DNA of 64,000 nucleotides from the NCBI GenBank assembly GCA_951804945.1, contig OX638151.1, positions 79,980,001 to 80,044,000 of the forward strand, given 5' to 3'. Positions 26,225-39,475 of this stretch are shown piece after piece (the first letter of the stretch is position 1; every line of letters starts with the position of its first letter). The translations under genes and the position numbers were made by a program. Under the pieces are notes generated by a model that saw only the letters and a list, made by a program, of their open reading frames with translations, was not told the origin of the DNA and made no database searches. The DNA is from Podarcis cretensis. Lineage: Eukaryota.

Positions 26225-26495
26225 CATGGTGCAAGACTTTTTCTGTGGTGGCCCCCAAGCTGTACAATGGCCATCTGGCTCCATTTCTATATGCTTTTCA
26301 ACAGCAGGTCATGATACATATTTTTTGCCCAGGCTCTCGGGGCTGGAGAATGAAATCCAAGCACCCCCTATTGCAGTCCTGGCCTAGACTGCTGTTTAAT
26401 ATGGTTTCAATTATTGGATTAATTAAGATACATATTGTATTCAACCACATGTAACCTGCCCAGGAACTAGTGAAGTGTGGGCTATAAACGCTTAT
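26225..26495 (+). mobile_element. L2 3' fragment
   Basis: TTTTCTGTGGTGGCCCCCAAGCTGTACAAT (FSVVAPKLYN, compare FSVAAP.LWN) and terminal TGTAACCTGCCCAGG. Confidence 0.55.
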
Positions 26496-26741
26496 AATAA
26501 GCAAGCGAGTAAACAATGTTTCTGAGTACACCTCTTTACATTCCCCACACCGCTGTGTGACAGCTCTTCACTCCTAAGGGGGGAAGTGGTATACCTCAGG
26601 ACACCATCACCAAGATGGCAAGACTGACCCTGACAGTGGTTGACCCAGTCTCCAGTGAGAGAGACCCATAGCAGCCGTGACAGTAAGTGGAGATTTTTAG
26701 TTTGCATTATAGTTCAAAGCTATTATGGGATTTGCAATGCA

Positions 26742-27139
26742 GGGTGCATTCAGACATGGAATTTATTGTATTAGTTCCCCTGGTTATAATGCTGACACTT
26801 CTGTCCTGGTTTCTAATGTCTGTTTTACACTGCAGTAGCTGGTTGTGTTATGGAATTGTGGCATTTTTATTGATTAACTGCTTAATTTTGTTCACATCTG
26901 TGAACACGTTATGGCACAGCAATGGACATTATTGGACCAATTGCTACCTTATAGGCATGTGCATGGGGTGAAAATAGATTGGAAGCAATTAATATGGAAA
27001 TGAATTCCAAACTTCTGCTAGATTCCACTAGATTTCCAGAAGTAGATTTTACATTATGTGAAAAAACACACAAAATGAGGGAAATAAGCATGTAAGTAAA
27101 CATCAAGAAAATGGAATAAAGTGGTGTCTGAATGCAGCC
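26742..27139. mobile_element. MITE with 15-bp TIR (PIF/Harbinger-like)
   Basis: GGGTGCATTCAGACA / TGTCTGAATGCAGCC (14/15 match); a related end sits at 28731 in the opposite orientation. Confidence 0.6.
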
Positions 27140-28730
27140 ATTGAAATACCCATTTGCCTTTTCCATGATACTATTTTCTATGTTGCTCTTGTAAATCTCT
27201 GGCTCATCACAGATATGTACATTTGTAAAATTCACTGGTGATTTGCTTTGTTAACAGAAGCAGCATTTAATATAAAAACCTGCAACACGGACCTGGCTTG
27301 ACACACCTGTCAACCTATTGGTATGCAATCTATTTAGAGCTGAATCAAAAAAATCCAAGTCAAGTTCCACCTTTATGTAGTGAACTAGGATGTGTAACAA
27401 GTAACAGGACATTTCTTTTTCTAAAAAGATGCACCACCTGTTTCATCAATGAAAGTTTTACAGGAATTTTCTTCTTGGAGGAGGGGGGAGTTTTCTACAG
27501 TGACAGTTACCTTGGCACAAAGCATTTGCTATCATTATTCTTGATGCAAATAACGACTCATGTTGCCTCTCACAACAAGGAATAAACCCCAGATAACAAT
27601 GATCCAGAGGATTTGAAAATTGTGCTAAATTCATATGATAATGAACAGCTGTGATGCATCGGTGACTCACTTGCAAAGCAGGATCCAATCCCCCAGATCC
27701 AATACTGCTTTTCTAAAGTTTTAGGATGTCCCAAATGGGCCTCAATCATATTTTGTGGTAAGGTTCAGAACACTTGTGGGCTATTTCATAATACAGAAAG
27801 CATCTGTTCAAATGCAGAACAACCATGATGATTTTGAGTCTTAATGCCACCTTTCGAACACTAACACATGCGAGCCGAATGCTCACTTTGTCCAGTGCTG
27901 CAATTTCTCCCTCCCTCGCCTTGATTCAGTTGCTGAACTAGCACAAATTGAGCCATCTGCTAAGGGATATCTCTTTGGAATTGTTTGATTCCTTTGCCCC
28001 TCTGCAGATAAGATTTCTTTGAGTGAGCCCTGAGAATTTGGGAACACTCCCCCCTCCCATCTATATCTAACTGATTGAGATGCTCAGCCACTGACTCTGG
28101 GGATATCACTTTTGTATAATGTGGGAGGCTTCCCTCCCAATCAATTTTGCTACCAGGTTGCACCAACAATATCTCAAGGCACTAGATAAATTCAGTGTAG
28201 AGAACAACACTGATAAGGGCTTCAGAACAGAATGGAACACAATGCTTTCTATTCACAGGGCTTATGCAGTGGTGCAGGTCAGAAAATATTAGGGAGCCAG
28301 GTGTGTGCTTTCTCTTCAGGGCACAGACGAAAGACAAACCATTTTTAAGCTGTGAAAAACAAGGCTGTGGGGTTTTTTTAATACATATTCTGGATGTTAT
28401 TTTCTTCCTTCCACACAAATATATCCCTAAGCAAGCATTCTACCTCCAGTGGCATGAATGTACCACATCTATATCAGAGCCTCTTGTGTTCATAAAAAAA
28501 AAATGGATTGGTCATTTTCCTGTCTACAGTACTTACAACATATTTTAGGATTCAAGGCTTAGCACATTCACTTTATTCCAAATGGTAAATTTCATTTAGC
28601 CTTGCTACTAGAGAAGCAGTTGGCAGATCCACAGATCCTTGTGTGCAAGACAGGGTGAATGTCCTGTTATATCTTTGGTAGTTGCTTCTGTAGATGCTTC
28701 TGTAGATAGTTGAAGCTGCTAGCTTTCAGA

Positions 28731-29151
28731 AGGTGCATTCAAACAGCACTTTATTCCATTTCCCCAATGTTTCCTTACCCGATGATTTTCACATTTTATG
28801 TTATCTTTCACATTAGGCAGAAGCCATTTCTGGAAGTCTAGTGGAATTCTGAAAGAAAGAAAAGTCTTATTCCTTGGTTTCAGAGAGAAAATAATCCAAT
28901 TGCAACCCCTTTAACCTGGAAAAATCATGGAAGATTTGCATTGCAGTTTTCATGGACCATGCAGCCACTGCTCAACTGAAAAAAATATGAGGTGGTATTC
29001 TGGCATACAGTTCTTTCCCACCATTTTCATGAGTGAAACATGGGGTAACAGGGGCAAGCATGCATATAAAAGGAGGTGACATGTCCAATGGCAGCTGTTG
29101 CTGTGAATTAAATTTAGTGCAACATAGTGTTATACTATGTTCAAATGCTGC
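28731..29151. mobile_element. Degenerate MITE, same family as 26742-27139
   Basis: GGTGCATTCAAACAGCACTTTATTCCATTT...TTCTGGAAGTCTAGTGGAAT is reverse-complement similar to 27020-27139; right boundary approximate. Confidence 0.5.
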
Positions 29152-29883
29152 AGTTCCATGATGCAACTAGTAATGTAGTTTAAAAGGAATGTTAGAAGCA
29201 GAGACTGAAGCACAAGCATTATAACCAGGAAAACTAAGGCAATAATCCTCATGTCTGAATACAATCATAGTTAGCATTCTAGTCACTGATTGTCTCTTAG
29301 AATCACAGAGGGTGGAGTGACATTTATAGGAATGTTCACACATTACATTGAATAAGTGTGTGATCTGTTTACCTGTGTATGCATAAACACGTGAATAGGT
29401 TTTTGCATATAACAAACATTCAGGGAGCACACTCTCTGTAAATTGGATTTGAGCTGTGCAAATAAAGCGTACCCTTTTTCCATGGAAACTCTTGTGCAAG
29501 TGTAAAGACAGCTTTTACCTGTCTTCAGTACAATGTGTGAAGAAGGCTGCAGTCTACTGCTGCCACACAAACAACTAGCGATTGGTGCTATCAAAAAGCA
29601 GAGTGACAACGTCCCAATTCAGCAACAAGGTCATACTTGGAGTCCAGTGTCCTGGAAATGAGGAATCCAGCAAGGGCAAATACTATGATTTCAACTGCAA
29701 AGGACCTAATACAAAAAGGAACCTGCTTGTGGGAATAAACCTATTTCCATGTTCCATCTTTCCTGATGAATTATTGAAAAGAAGTTGAAATCACACTTAT
29801 AGGTAACATTGGAACATGTTATGAGAAAGCAGCATTGCACTTCTACTTTGCTAGTAGTACTTACTTTTTCCTTACTCTAAGCC

Positions 29884-29909
29884 CGTGTGTGTGTGTGTGT
29901 GTGTGTGTG
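29884..29909. repeat. (GT)n microsatellite
   Basis: Directly visible. Confidence 0.9.
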
Positions 29910-31061
29910 CGCATGTGCATGTTTCTTCATCAACCCATGAATCTTACTTCCAATTTCCTCACTCCCTTCAGCTTAAATTGTTCCAAACATCTTTGGGGGA
30001 ATTATATTTTTAATTGTGGCAGTACAATGAATATTTGATGATCTACATTCATAGGGTAATCATGGAAAAAAATTCTAATCCTAAATAATATGTTGAATAA
30101 TAATTAAAACTACTGAAGACTTGATTAAGGGTGTTAGGGGATTAGAAATGGGAATTAAAGATGGCCAAGAGCCCTGGGGTAAATTCAAGGACTTCAAACA
30201 CCTTTTTAAAAAATCATGGTTTTTAAAAAGATTAAGAAAATTATTGGACTAGAGATTTCCCCCTAGGAAACAATCTGTGAAAAAGATGTAACAAATGTCA
30301 GAGTGTAGTTTCCTAAATCTATGAATGGAGAGTTCAATCTACAGCCAAGTTAAATCGAAGTGCTTCTATTCAAGCATATATAAGGAAGTAGGGCAGCAGT
30401 CAGCTTAAGTTCCTATGCCCCATTTTACTGGGTCATCAGTCTCCAAAAAGAAGGCAGGATATAAATGGACATAAATTAAGAATGATTTAAAAAATGTGCT
30501 TTAATACAGTGATGCAGGACAGTAGCCCCACAACATTTTGAATACTGAATAAAGAAAACGAGAAGTTTGCAGTGGATTCAATAGCACAAGCATAACACTG
30601 GCTCTGTATGCAGGTTTGGCTTATGATACCTGCCATCCTATGTTCCCTTCTTGATGGCTGCATTTCCAAAATACCTTCAATTTAATGTGACAAAGAATAA
30701 TGCAGTGTAAAAGGCTTAACTCTCAGGGCTGTATGTTTCAATGTTTATACTGTGGCATACTTTCTTTTTAAAAAACCTCACATTAGTATCCAGCTTCCTA
30801 TGATTTTAAAGCATATATACTTTGTGGATAAATGCTCTTGTGCAATACAAGCAGGTAAAATATGCTGATGGCACCTTTTCTTCTTCTGAATTTGAATAGT
30901 AACTGTAAACCATATCCATTGTAATATTACTTTTGTTTGTTTTGCATAAATGAGCAGTCAGAGATGCGAAGATTGCAGCAGCAATCATTTTGAAGCTCAG
31001 ACATTATTTTTCTGTGTTTTATTTTATTTTATCGTAGCTTTAGTTCCAGCACTGTCCCTCA

Positions 31062-31065
<4 letters not shown>

Positions 31066-31108
<43 letters not shown>
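31066..31108. repeat. (AG)n microsatellite
   Basis: Directly visible. Confidence 0.95.
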
Positions 31109-31111
<3 letters not shown>

Positions 31112-31161
31112 TGTTTCGTCTAAGAGTAGACAGCCTTTCAAGACTGAAGGGAACACATCTA

Positions 31162-31315
31162 AGGGAAGGGTTATAAGTCAGTGGAGCAGCTGCATTGTAT
31201 CAGGTTCAAATCCCCAGCATCTTCCAGAGATGTCCCTGTCTGAAACCCTGGAGAGCTGTGGAGCTAGCTTGGCCAATAGTCTTATAGAAAACAGTTTCCA
31301 ATGATCCTATGTAGG
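31162..31315 (+). mobile_element. tRNA-derived SINE (Squam3-like), internally deleted
   Basis: GGGAAGGG...TCAGTGG...CAGGTTCAAATCCCCAGCATC...CTGTCTGAAACCCTGGAGAGCTG...GAGCTAG...CCTATG. Confidence 0.75.
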
Positions 31316-31446
31316 CAAGAGTAGTATCACGGATGGTGACCCAAACCCCACATAGCCATGTAAAGGTCCTACATAGGATCATTGGAAACTGTTTTCTATA
31401 TGACTGTTGACCCAGCAAGCTCCCCAGCTCTCCAGGGTTTCAGACA
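31237..31446. repeat. 79-bp inverted repeat with 52-bp spacer
   Basis: Arms 31237-31315 and 31368-31446 are reverse complements with 6 mismatches. Confidence 0.95.
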
Positions 31447-31689
31447 AGCAATGCTCATATAATTTCAGGGATCCTGATTATGAAAGAGTCTCTAATCAGT
31501 CCATAGATGAGCCTTCCAGGGGTTGGGAATCTTTTCCAGCAACCTTCTGGAGGCCAGAGGCAAAAGTGGATGGAGTAAACAATGTTAATTTTACATAATT
31601 GTACATCCTAACCAGGCCAAAGTGATCAAGGAAGGTGCCACTGGAGGGTTCTAGAGCAGGATGGGTTGTAGCTTATGTAGAGTCCCAAG

Positions 31690-31980
31690 AAACACATTAG
31701 TTTCTAGGCCTAATTCAAAGTGCTGGCTTTAACCCATAATGCCTTAAATGGCTCAGGACTGCAATACCTCATGGACTGCTTCTTCTCCATTGAACTGACC
31801 CAGACCCTGTGCTCATCATCTGAGGCTCTTCTTTGTGAGTCTCCTCCATGAGAGGCCTGGAGGGTGGCACCAGAAGAATGGGCCTTTTCTGTCATGGCTT
31901 CCCATTTGAAGAATGCCCTCGCCAGGAAGGCTTACCTTGTGTCTTCATTACATATCTTTATTAAACAATCCATGACCTTT
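31690..31980 (+). mobile_element. L2 ORF2 C-terminal fragment
   Basis: FKVLALTHNALNGSGLQYLMD...AFSVMASHLKNAL, matching L2 FK.L.LTYKAL.G.GP.YL and AFSV.AP.LWNAL. Confidence 0.8.
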
Positions 31981-32976
31981 TCCATTGTGTTTGTGGTGTT
32001 CTTCTTTTCCTTTATTTTATCAAGTTTTGTTGCCCCTTCAATCGGCATAAGATTTACAACAAGCAGGATGCTAACCTTCTTCAGTCCAAATGTGCTAATG
32101 GAATCACACTGCGTCATGAAGTAGTGCCGTGGTAGGCTAAGAAAATCAACACACCCATGCTAACTAAAGTCCAAGTCACTGGAAGTGTTGCTCAGAGAGA
32201 AACCAATGTTTGCCATTATCGGTAGTGAGCTCTTTGATTGCAAAATTGGATGCAGAGTTATTTATTTATTGTTTTCTTTACAAATCACTTCCCATGAGAT
32301 ATCATGAAGCAATTTAAGGATGAAAAGAACAACATATATATAAACCACAATTGTTAGTTCAACAATATTGTTCAAAGCATTGCAGTTGGAAATTAAAATT
32401 CAGCAGAATCCTGAATATCAGTTGAGAACCCTGACATGGGCTGTGATTGAAAAGCAGGAGTCTCAGGCACCCATTAAGCAACACCTGAGGTGTCTATTCA
32501 AATAAGGCCTTAAAAATAATTCTGTATAAATGATTTATTCTTTTTTTTTCTTCTCTTCCCACCCAGCAACACTTGTGTGTTTGCCTATATTAGTTTCATA
32601 ATTACTTGGTTTTTTCCGTGCATCATCAACTCAAGCATGGTCATTCTTGTAATGCCTAATATGCAGAAAAATAGATGCTCATTGTGGACCATTTAAATCA
32701 ATTGATAATACTTGCATAAAGCAATTATCCCAACATTATTATCTCTGAGAATTTCCAACAGCTCTTTCACAACCAGATGACTAAATTTTGGCTCAGGAAA
32801 AGCAAAACAAAAACCAGACACGTCCTGTCCCATCTTTTCTGAAATCAGCTATTATCTATGTGTACCAACAGGTGTCTGCAGATGTGATATTACAAATGAG
32901 CTGTAATCTGCTATGTAAGTGGCTCTAAAGTTAGCAATTTGAAGGCTTCAAGTAAATTTATGAATCCAAAAAAATT

Positions 32977-33425
32977 GTAGGAGAGGGAAACAACAGTGAC
33001 CTCACTGTGGGTGTCTGCTATACAGCCTGCCTAAGCCAGACTGAAGACTTGGATGATGCCTTCCTACAGCAGATTACCAAGCATTCAAAAAGTTAAGACA
33101 TTGTAGTCATGGGAGAGTTCATCTACACCAATATCTCTTGGAACTCCAACTCTGCCAAGAGTGTAAGGTCCAACAAATTCCTTAATTGCTGTGCCAACAA
33201 TTTCATTTCCCAGAAGGCGGAAGAAGCAACAAGGGGGTTATCTCTCTTGGACCTGGTCCTCACCAACTGGGAGGAACTGATCGACAAAGTGGCAGTCCAG
33301 AGAACCTTAAAATGAGGTTTGATTTTGTGGCAGTGAATTCTATATATGATGTGACATTTATAAGTCATGATCAACCACCATCACTGTGAAAGGAACCTAG
33401 TGATTTGGACAGAAGGAAGGGGGAA
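32977..33425 (+). mobile_element. CR1 LINE endonuclease-domain fragment
   Basis: GEGNNSDLTVGVCY..SQTEDLDDAFLQQIT..*DIVVMGEFIYTNISW...NNFISQKAEEATRGLSLLDLVLTN, an APE domain with stop and frameshift. Confidence 0.9.
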
Positions 33426-33504
33426 AGCTGTGCAACCCTTCTTTTTTTTCATCTGGCAATTTTGGCAGCCTTAAAAACAAGCAGAGAGCAAATACTCCAT
33501 TCAA

Positions 33505-33925
33505 CAGGAGTGGGGAAACATTCTTTTTCAGCCTAAGAGCTACATTTACTTGTAAGCGGCCTTCCAGCAACTGCTTTGTAAGAGTCTAAGTTGTACCCTC
33601 TGCCACCTAGTGGTGGGTAAAGTCAGAGACAAATATGCATAGAACAATAGGTATAACTTTTGCTTTTGTGCAGCAGGCTACATCCTACCCTATCAGAAGT
33701 CAGAAGTCAGTGGTTTCTACACAGAGGTGCTTATTCAGGCAGGCAAGAGGCATGATGATATCTCAGGGGCACATGCAAGGCAGGTTAAAGTTCTCATGGA
33801 GAGTGCAGAGCAGGGCCCATGAGGGACATGGTCTGGAGAGGAATGTGGTATGGGGAGAATCTTGAGGGTCAGACAGAGAGGACTAGAAGTCCATATTTGA
33901 CCCCTGGCCCCGGAGTTTCCCATTT
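33505..33925. mobile_element. Old hAT-type non-autonomous element
   Basis: Starts CAGGAGTGGGGAA; 3' part similar to 35606-35973. Confidence 0.5.
33600..33613 (-). promoter_or_regulatory. CTCF core motif match
   Basis: Minus strand CCACTAGGTGGCAG fits CCASYAGRKGGCRS; binding untested. Confidence 0.45.
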
Positions 33926-35459
33926 TCAGGCATGTTCAGTGATGAGTGCTCCCCCTTGCAGTGCAGAATGCTCAGGAAGATGGGCTTTGATCTGATCCAG
34001 CAGGGATCTTATTCCATTATTCTCCACACTGGAGTTTCGATTGTACCCACAAATTATCACCCAGAAGCTGCCATTGAATTCCTCTCTAGAAATAGAATTT
34101 CCAAAATATGTATTTTTTAATATGTAAAGATCTGTGTTAACAGCACTTATGCATGACCTTGCATGCAGGATTTGATGCAACAACTTAACAGAACACAGAA
34201 AATGTCATTAAAAGAATTCCAGATCTAGAAATCGCTTTGACCTAGCCTCTACATTGTCTTTCAAAGCTTTATTGTGTAAAGAGCTGGGCATCTGTCAACA
34301 ATAAATTTAAAAAGAGGCAAAAACCACAATAATATTGTTATGAGTTGAAAGGGTAGACTGTATGCCTGTTACCCCTTTAATTCCTGGCTCCAGCAAGGAT
34401 TCAATTCCTGGAACAGCCAGGCTAGCTTCCTGGTCAGGTAATGGCCCTCAGCTCACTGGTAGTTAGAAAGACTAAGGCCAGAGTTGAGAGTTGATGTTTA
34501 TAGCAAGGATGCAGGTAGAGATAGAACCATGCCTGCTTTCTACTGGAATCCAAGGCTGTGGCTATGGCAGAAGCAATACCTTCTTCCAGTGTGAATGCTG
34601 TGAGCCCCTCCACTGTTGGCTCAGGTTGTTTATATGTACTGTATAAATAAACCATATTTTCATAAGGACACCATAGTCTCCACTGTCCCTCATTCTGAGG
34701 AAACTGCACCACTTGGAGATTGGGTTGGCACGCCACAGTATATATCAGTGTGGCCTTTTAAATATAGCTTTATTCTTTTCCCAACTAGAGAGCTATTTCA
34801 CAGGGAGCACCGATCACTGTAACCTATAAAATTAGTATCAGCTTTACCTCTCAGACGACAACTATACGCCCACAGCTCCATTTCTCCTGCAAAATGTTTG
34901 AGTGTGATTAACTTGAATTCAGAGAGCAGATGTACACATTTCCAGAACATTTTGAATACCTTTGTCACCTGGCTCATAAAATATGTATGTAAAAGTATTA
35001 CTATTTGCAGTGATGTAAAACTTCGCCTCTGCTTCACATTGTGAAGTCAGCGAGAATTAGTTCGTTTTATGTGAGAGACTACCCCTGTAATTGCAGCCTG
35101 CTGTCATCTCCTTGTTCTGATGAATCACAATTTCAGAGGTCCCTCCAAAAACAAAGTTTCCATGGAGAGCCAAATAGGCCTGTTTCCTCACCACTATCAC
35201 AGCTGCCCATTCACTTGCCTTCTTCATCTGGGTCTGTTTGCACTACTGCCCAGAGGGAGAATGCAAAGGAAGGCAAGGGGAATATGCTCCTCCTTTTCCC
35301 TCTTACCATTGTCACATTTTTAATGCTCAGAAAGGGTAGCTGAGTAGGGGACAAAAAGGAGGAGGAAGAGGACCAGGATGCTCTGAGGGTCAGCAGTGCA
35401 CCCCTTTGGAAGGTGTGGGATTTGGTAGCTATTCAGCCATGTCAACCACAAGCAGACAG

Positions 35460-35571
35460 GCTGCTGTTAAGCTCCAGTCCTGCTGGGGGCCTCCCCTAGG
35501 CCTCTGGTTGGCCACTGTGAGAAAAGGATGGTAGACTAGACAGTCTTTTCGTCTCATCAAGCAGAGCACTT
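35460..35571 (+). mobile_element. CR1 3' end fragment
   Basis: CTGGTTGGCCACTGTGAGAAAAGGATGGTAGACTAGA. Confidence 0.65.
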
Positions 35572-35605
35572 GCTAGGGCCTGATGAACTTAACAACCTGA
35601 TGGTC

Positions 35606-35973
35606 CAGGGGCAGGAAAACTGTTGGCGCTTGAGGGCCACACTCCTTCGTGGGGAACTTTTTGGGTGGGGGCACATGCCAGTGGCAAGGTTGGTCAGTGC
35701 AAAAGTGGATTGAACAATGAATGAGACTGTACCCTTTGGGCAGCACAAATCAGAGGCTTATACACACACACACACCATCCAGATGAGCCTGCAACATCAT
35801 CACAGTTCAAGGACACCCTTCAGCCAGCCAAAAGCACTCAAGAAGGGTGTGGAGCAGGATAGGGAAGGGGCATGTTCTGGGGATGGAATGTGGCCTAAGG
35901 AGAGTCATAAGGACAAGGTAGAGAAGCATGGAGGGCTGTATTTGGTCCCTGAGCCTGAGGTTCCCCACTGCTG
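35606..35973. mobile_element. Old hAT-type non-autonomous element
   Basis: CAGGGGCAGGAAAACT / AGGTTCCCCACTGCTG degenerate TIRs; GAGGGCCAC subterminal motif. Confidence 0.6.
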
Positions 35974-38750
35974 CCCTACATCTCCTCAGCTAGGCCTTTT
36001 GGATCCAAACTTAGGCGCTACTGGCATAAAGAAACAGGAGCCCACATGCTTCATTTGTCAGATTTGGGAAAATTAAGGTTGCGATCGCTGAATTCAAAGT
36101 AGGCTAGTCTCCTGAACTGACAACTATATAAAGTACCTATCATGAAGTGGAGCGAGTATGTTTTAACAATTAGCAGATTTCCAGAGAGAAGTGATATCTG
36201 ATGACATTAAGGACTGTGACATGAGATTATGACAATTTAAGTATTTAATGAGCTGATTAGTAATCTTGGAAGAGTGCACTTTTAAAACTTCAGAGTACCG
36301 CTGCAGCCACCAGTCATTGTTGCCGCAAGTTACAAACAGCGAGCGTATATTACTGTGCCCAAGTCAGGAGTGGAAAATTTGGGGGTGTGGAGTAGTTAAT
36401 AGTGTTTGGGATTGGTTGTTGTTACTGCTGAAAATGATTCTAGAGAGCTGGGTTTAGTAGCAAGTTTGATAGCCATTTTTCAAAAAGTCCCACTTCTCAG
36501 AATTGTGCATCTTCTTGTTGTCTAACGTAGGGTCATTTCAGCCATGGCTGTGGCTGGCCAAACAGTCCTGAAAGTTTGAATCTCACTCCCTGGAAATGAT
36601 CTCCATTTCTTGTCCCAGTACATAAATCCTAAAATGAGGAAATGATCCCAAAAGATGCCCAATGGTTGCAGCTTCTTCTATCCTGGGTCAAATCACCTTT
36701 AAAATCATTTTCAGCAATAAAAATTATCTTGATTTGAAACAATTCCAGCCCATTTTTGATAACTCCAAGCAAAAAAAATTTCCTCCTCCCCAGTTCTTCG
36801 CATTGCTCAGAATATAATGGAGGCAATTTTGCTGAATGTAGACACATGTAGACATAATATGGAGAAAGAGAGAAAGAGAAGGTTGGGCAGGGGAGCTGTG
36901 TATACATTAGCAGCTTAGAATGCTGCAATGCTGTCTTTCCTCACTGTTTCAAGTAGGATTTTTATGTTGCTGTACACAGTAATGAAAGGGTACAGATGTC
37001 TTCACCCAATGCATATTACCTGATTTGCTTCCCCACACCTGCAACCCACCTAACCTCCTTTGGTTAAAGGACAAGCCCCTCTTGAATCCCCCTGAAGCAA
37101 GATCAGATTCAGTTTGCAGCTGATTCTATTCTAAATGTTCCTGCAGCATACCTTAATATAATTTGGGGAGGCCGTCTCTAGGCTGCCTGAAGCACGGCAT
37201 GAGACTTGGCATCTTCACTATGGCATCTTCTGGGATGGTTCTTCACAGTCATTGTCCAACCCATCTGCCCCATGGTCCTGATCTGCGGCCCACAAATCAG
37301 GCTTATTTATCCTGTGCCATCCTAAGGACCACCTGCCATGTCTTGGATTTGTGCCTGAAGCAATTCAACGGTTGGGCTAAGGGTTTTGAAGGTTTTTATT
37401 GTTGTTTTCCAGAAAAGCCACTGCATTTTGAGCCAGTTCTTAATCTCTGCTAGCTGATTTGTTGTTGTTTCATATAGAGGAGGCCGAGAAGTGTTTTATA
37501 ACATTGGTGTTAGAAACACTATTGGCTTTGCTGATTTATAACGGATGTTTTTAAATTTATGGGCATGTTTTTTGTATTTATTCTGTGCTTACTTTGCAGT
37601 TTAATAACAAATGCATATGCTGCAAAAAAGAGAGAGTAAAAAATGGGCAAGTCCACTAAGATCAACGACAACCAATGTTCTAATTATTTGCAAACAATGC
37701 AACTGTAGAGAGATGCTACCAATTGCACTTTATGGCTATTGACTGGATAAACACTAGAGAAATGATACTGCAATTCCTAAACTACAAGGCTCTCTAAGGA
37801 GAACCAAAGCAAAGATGAGTCCATACCAATTAAATGAATTATATCTGCTCCATTTGTGCAAATTGAGAAACAGTAAATACAAGCTGGTGTTTAAATAAAT
37901 CGTTAGAGGTCATTTTTGTTTGCTGTATCCGTAGTATCAAAGACTCCAGAGTTAGTCACTGTTGGGCCATAGAGGAAGACGTGCTTAGTTCAATATCCCT
38001 ATTACACTAACAAAAGTGTTATCTGCAGAATGATTTTGCCCATTAATTTGGTAGTGTGGCCGAAGTTCAGCTGGTTTAGCGGCTCCTGCTGTTGTTGGGG
38101 GAATTCAGCGGACATTTTATGCTGACATTAAGTTGGCAATAAATGCTGCAAGCACATCCTGATGACTGGCTTGAGTTTGCTAATGAACAAATTCCGCTCT
38201 GGAGTTGGCAGGCTGGCTGGTCAGCTGGATACTTAGAGACGGAGCAGTTGTCTCCCTTATAACTGGTTACTCTGAATATCACAGGAGGCTCATAAGGATG
38301 GCAAATTGTCAGACAGTTCATTAAACGTTTCTCTGTGTCATCGGTATAGGACACCACATCGAGTTCTCAGCTTCTATAAGAATATAGAAATCTGGCACTT
38401 CCTGACTCTGGCGATGCCCGCTTTGCATGCAATAAATCTCCATGGTGAGGTTTTAGAGCAAGACGGTACAACTTGGGACCCAACAAACTGATCACAATAC
38501 ATCAACCACATCCACTTTGCCTACAGATGAGAAAGGTGAGAAAGGGGTTAGGGGAGGTGTGCTTTTCTTGGAAAGAATGGTCTACAGGGGTTAAGCACAA
38601 ACACCAGCACTAGCACGTGAGGGGAAGGGCAGTGTGGCAGTGGTGACACCTTGGTTGTTGCCAGCCAGGATGGAGGTGTGAAGAAATACTTTGTTTTGTC
38701 TTGATTTAAACATTGAAGAGTATGAGGCATCTGTACCTACTGTTACAGTC

Positions 38751-38797
<47 letters not shown>
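38751..38797. repeat. Compound (TG)n(AG)n microsatellite
   Basis: Directly visible. Confidence 0.95.
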
Positions 38798-38800
<3 letters not shown>

Positions 38801-38958
38801 GGGGAGGTACGTAAAATGTGAAAGGGCTCTTTCTCCAATCCAGGCAACCATGAGCTATCTGTAGAAAATTGTGCAGCAACTGTTATAAAGAGCAGGCTAT
38901 TGTGGAAAAGGAAATAGCCAGAACCCAGTCACAAACCACTGCTTGCCACTGCTGCTGT

Positions 38959-39024
38959 TCATAGAATCATAGAACTGTAGAGTTGGAAGGGGTCCTTTGG
39001 GTCATCTAGTCCAACCCCCTGCAG
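38959..39024 (-). mobile_element. CR1 3' terminus (ATTCTATG-tailed subfamily)
   Basis: TCATAGAATCATAGAACTGTAGAGTTGGAAGGG...GGTCATCTAGTCCAACCCCCTGCA. Confidence 0.8.
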
Positions 39025-39475
39025 GTGAAACAGAGGAAGCCTGCCAAAGCAGGAGGGTGCCTGTCGGGGTGGCATTCTGCCAATAGGCCCATCAACACTG
39101 GAACAAGCCCTGGCATTTATGCTTTGAACTTTGTGCTCAACTACTTAGACTGCAAAAAGCAGAAGGTTCTCAACGTTCCAATCAATTGACAAGCGTGTTG
39201 TGATTTGGGGAAAGTGATCTGACTGGACCCAGTTATGCAGTCCCTGTGTGTTGGATCAGTGGTGGATTTTGTGAGTGATTCCCCTTATAATTGTACAGAT
39301 CTGAAAGTCCTGTCCTTTCACAATCACAGGCAATGAAACTGAGTGAAGAGGCTCGGGTTCCAGACATTGGGGAAAGGACCAGAAATGAAGACTAGAGGAA
39401 GACTCCCTTTCTTCCTATATTCCTGCACCATCCTTAACTGAAGGCAAAAGAACTCAATACTGTAAGGGTTTTCTC

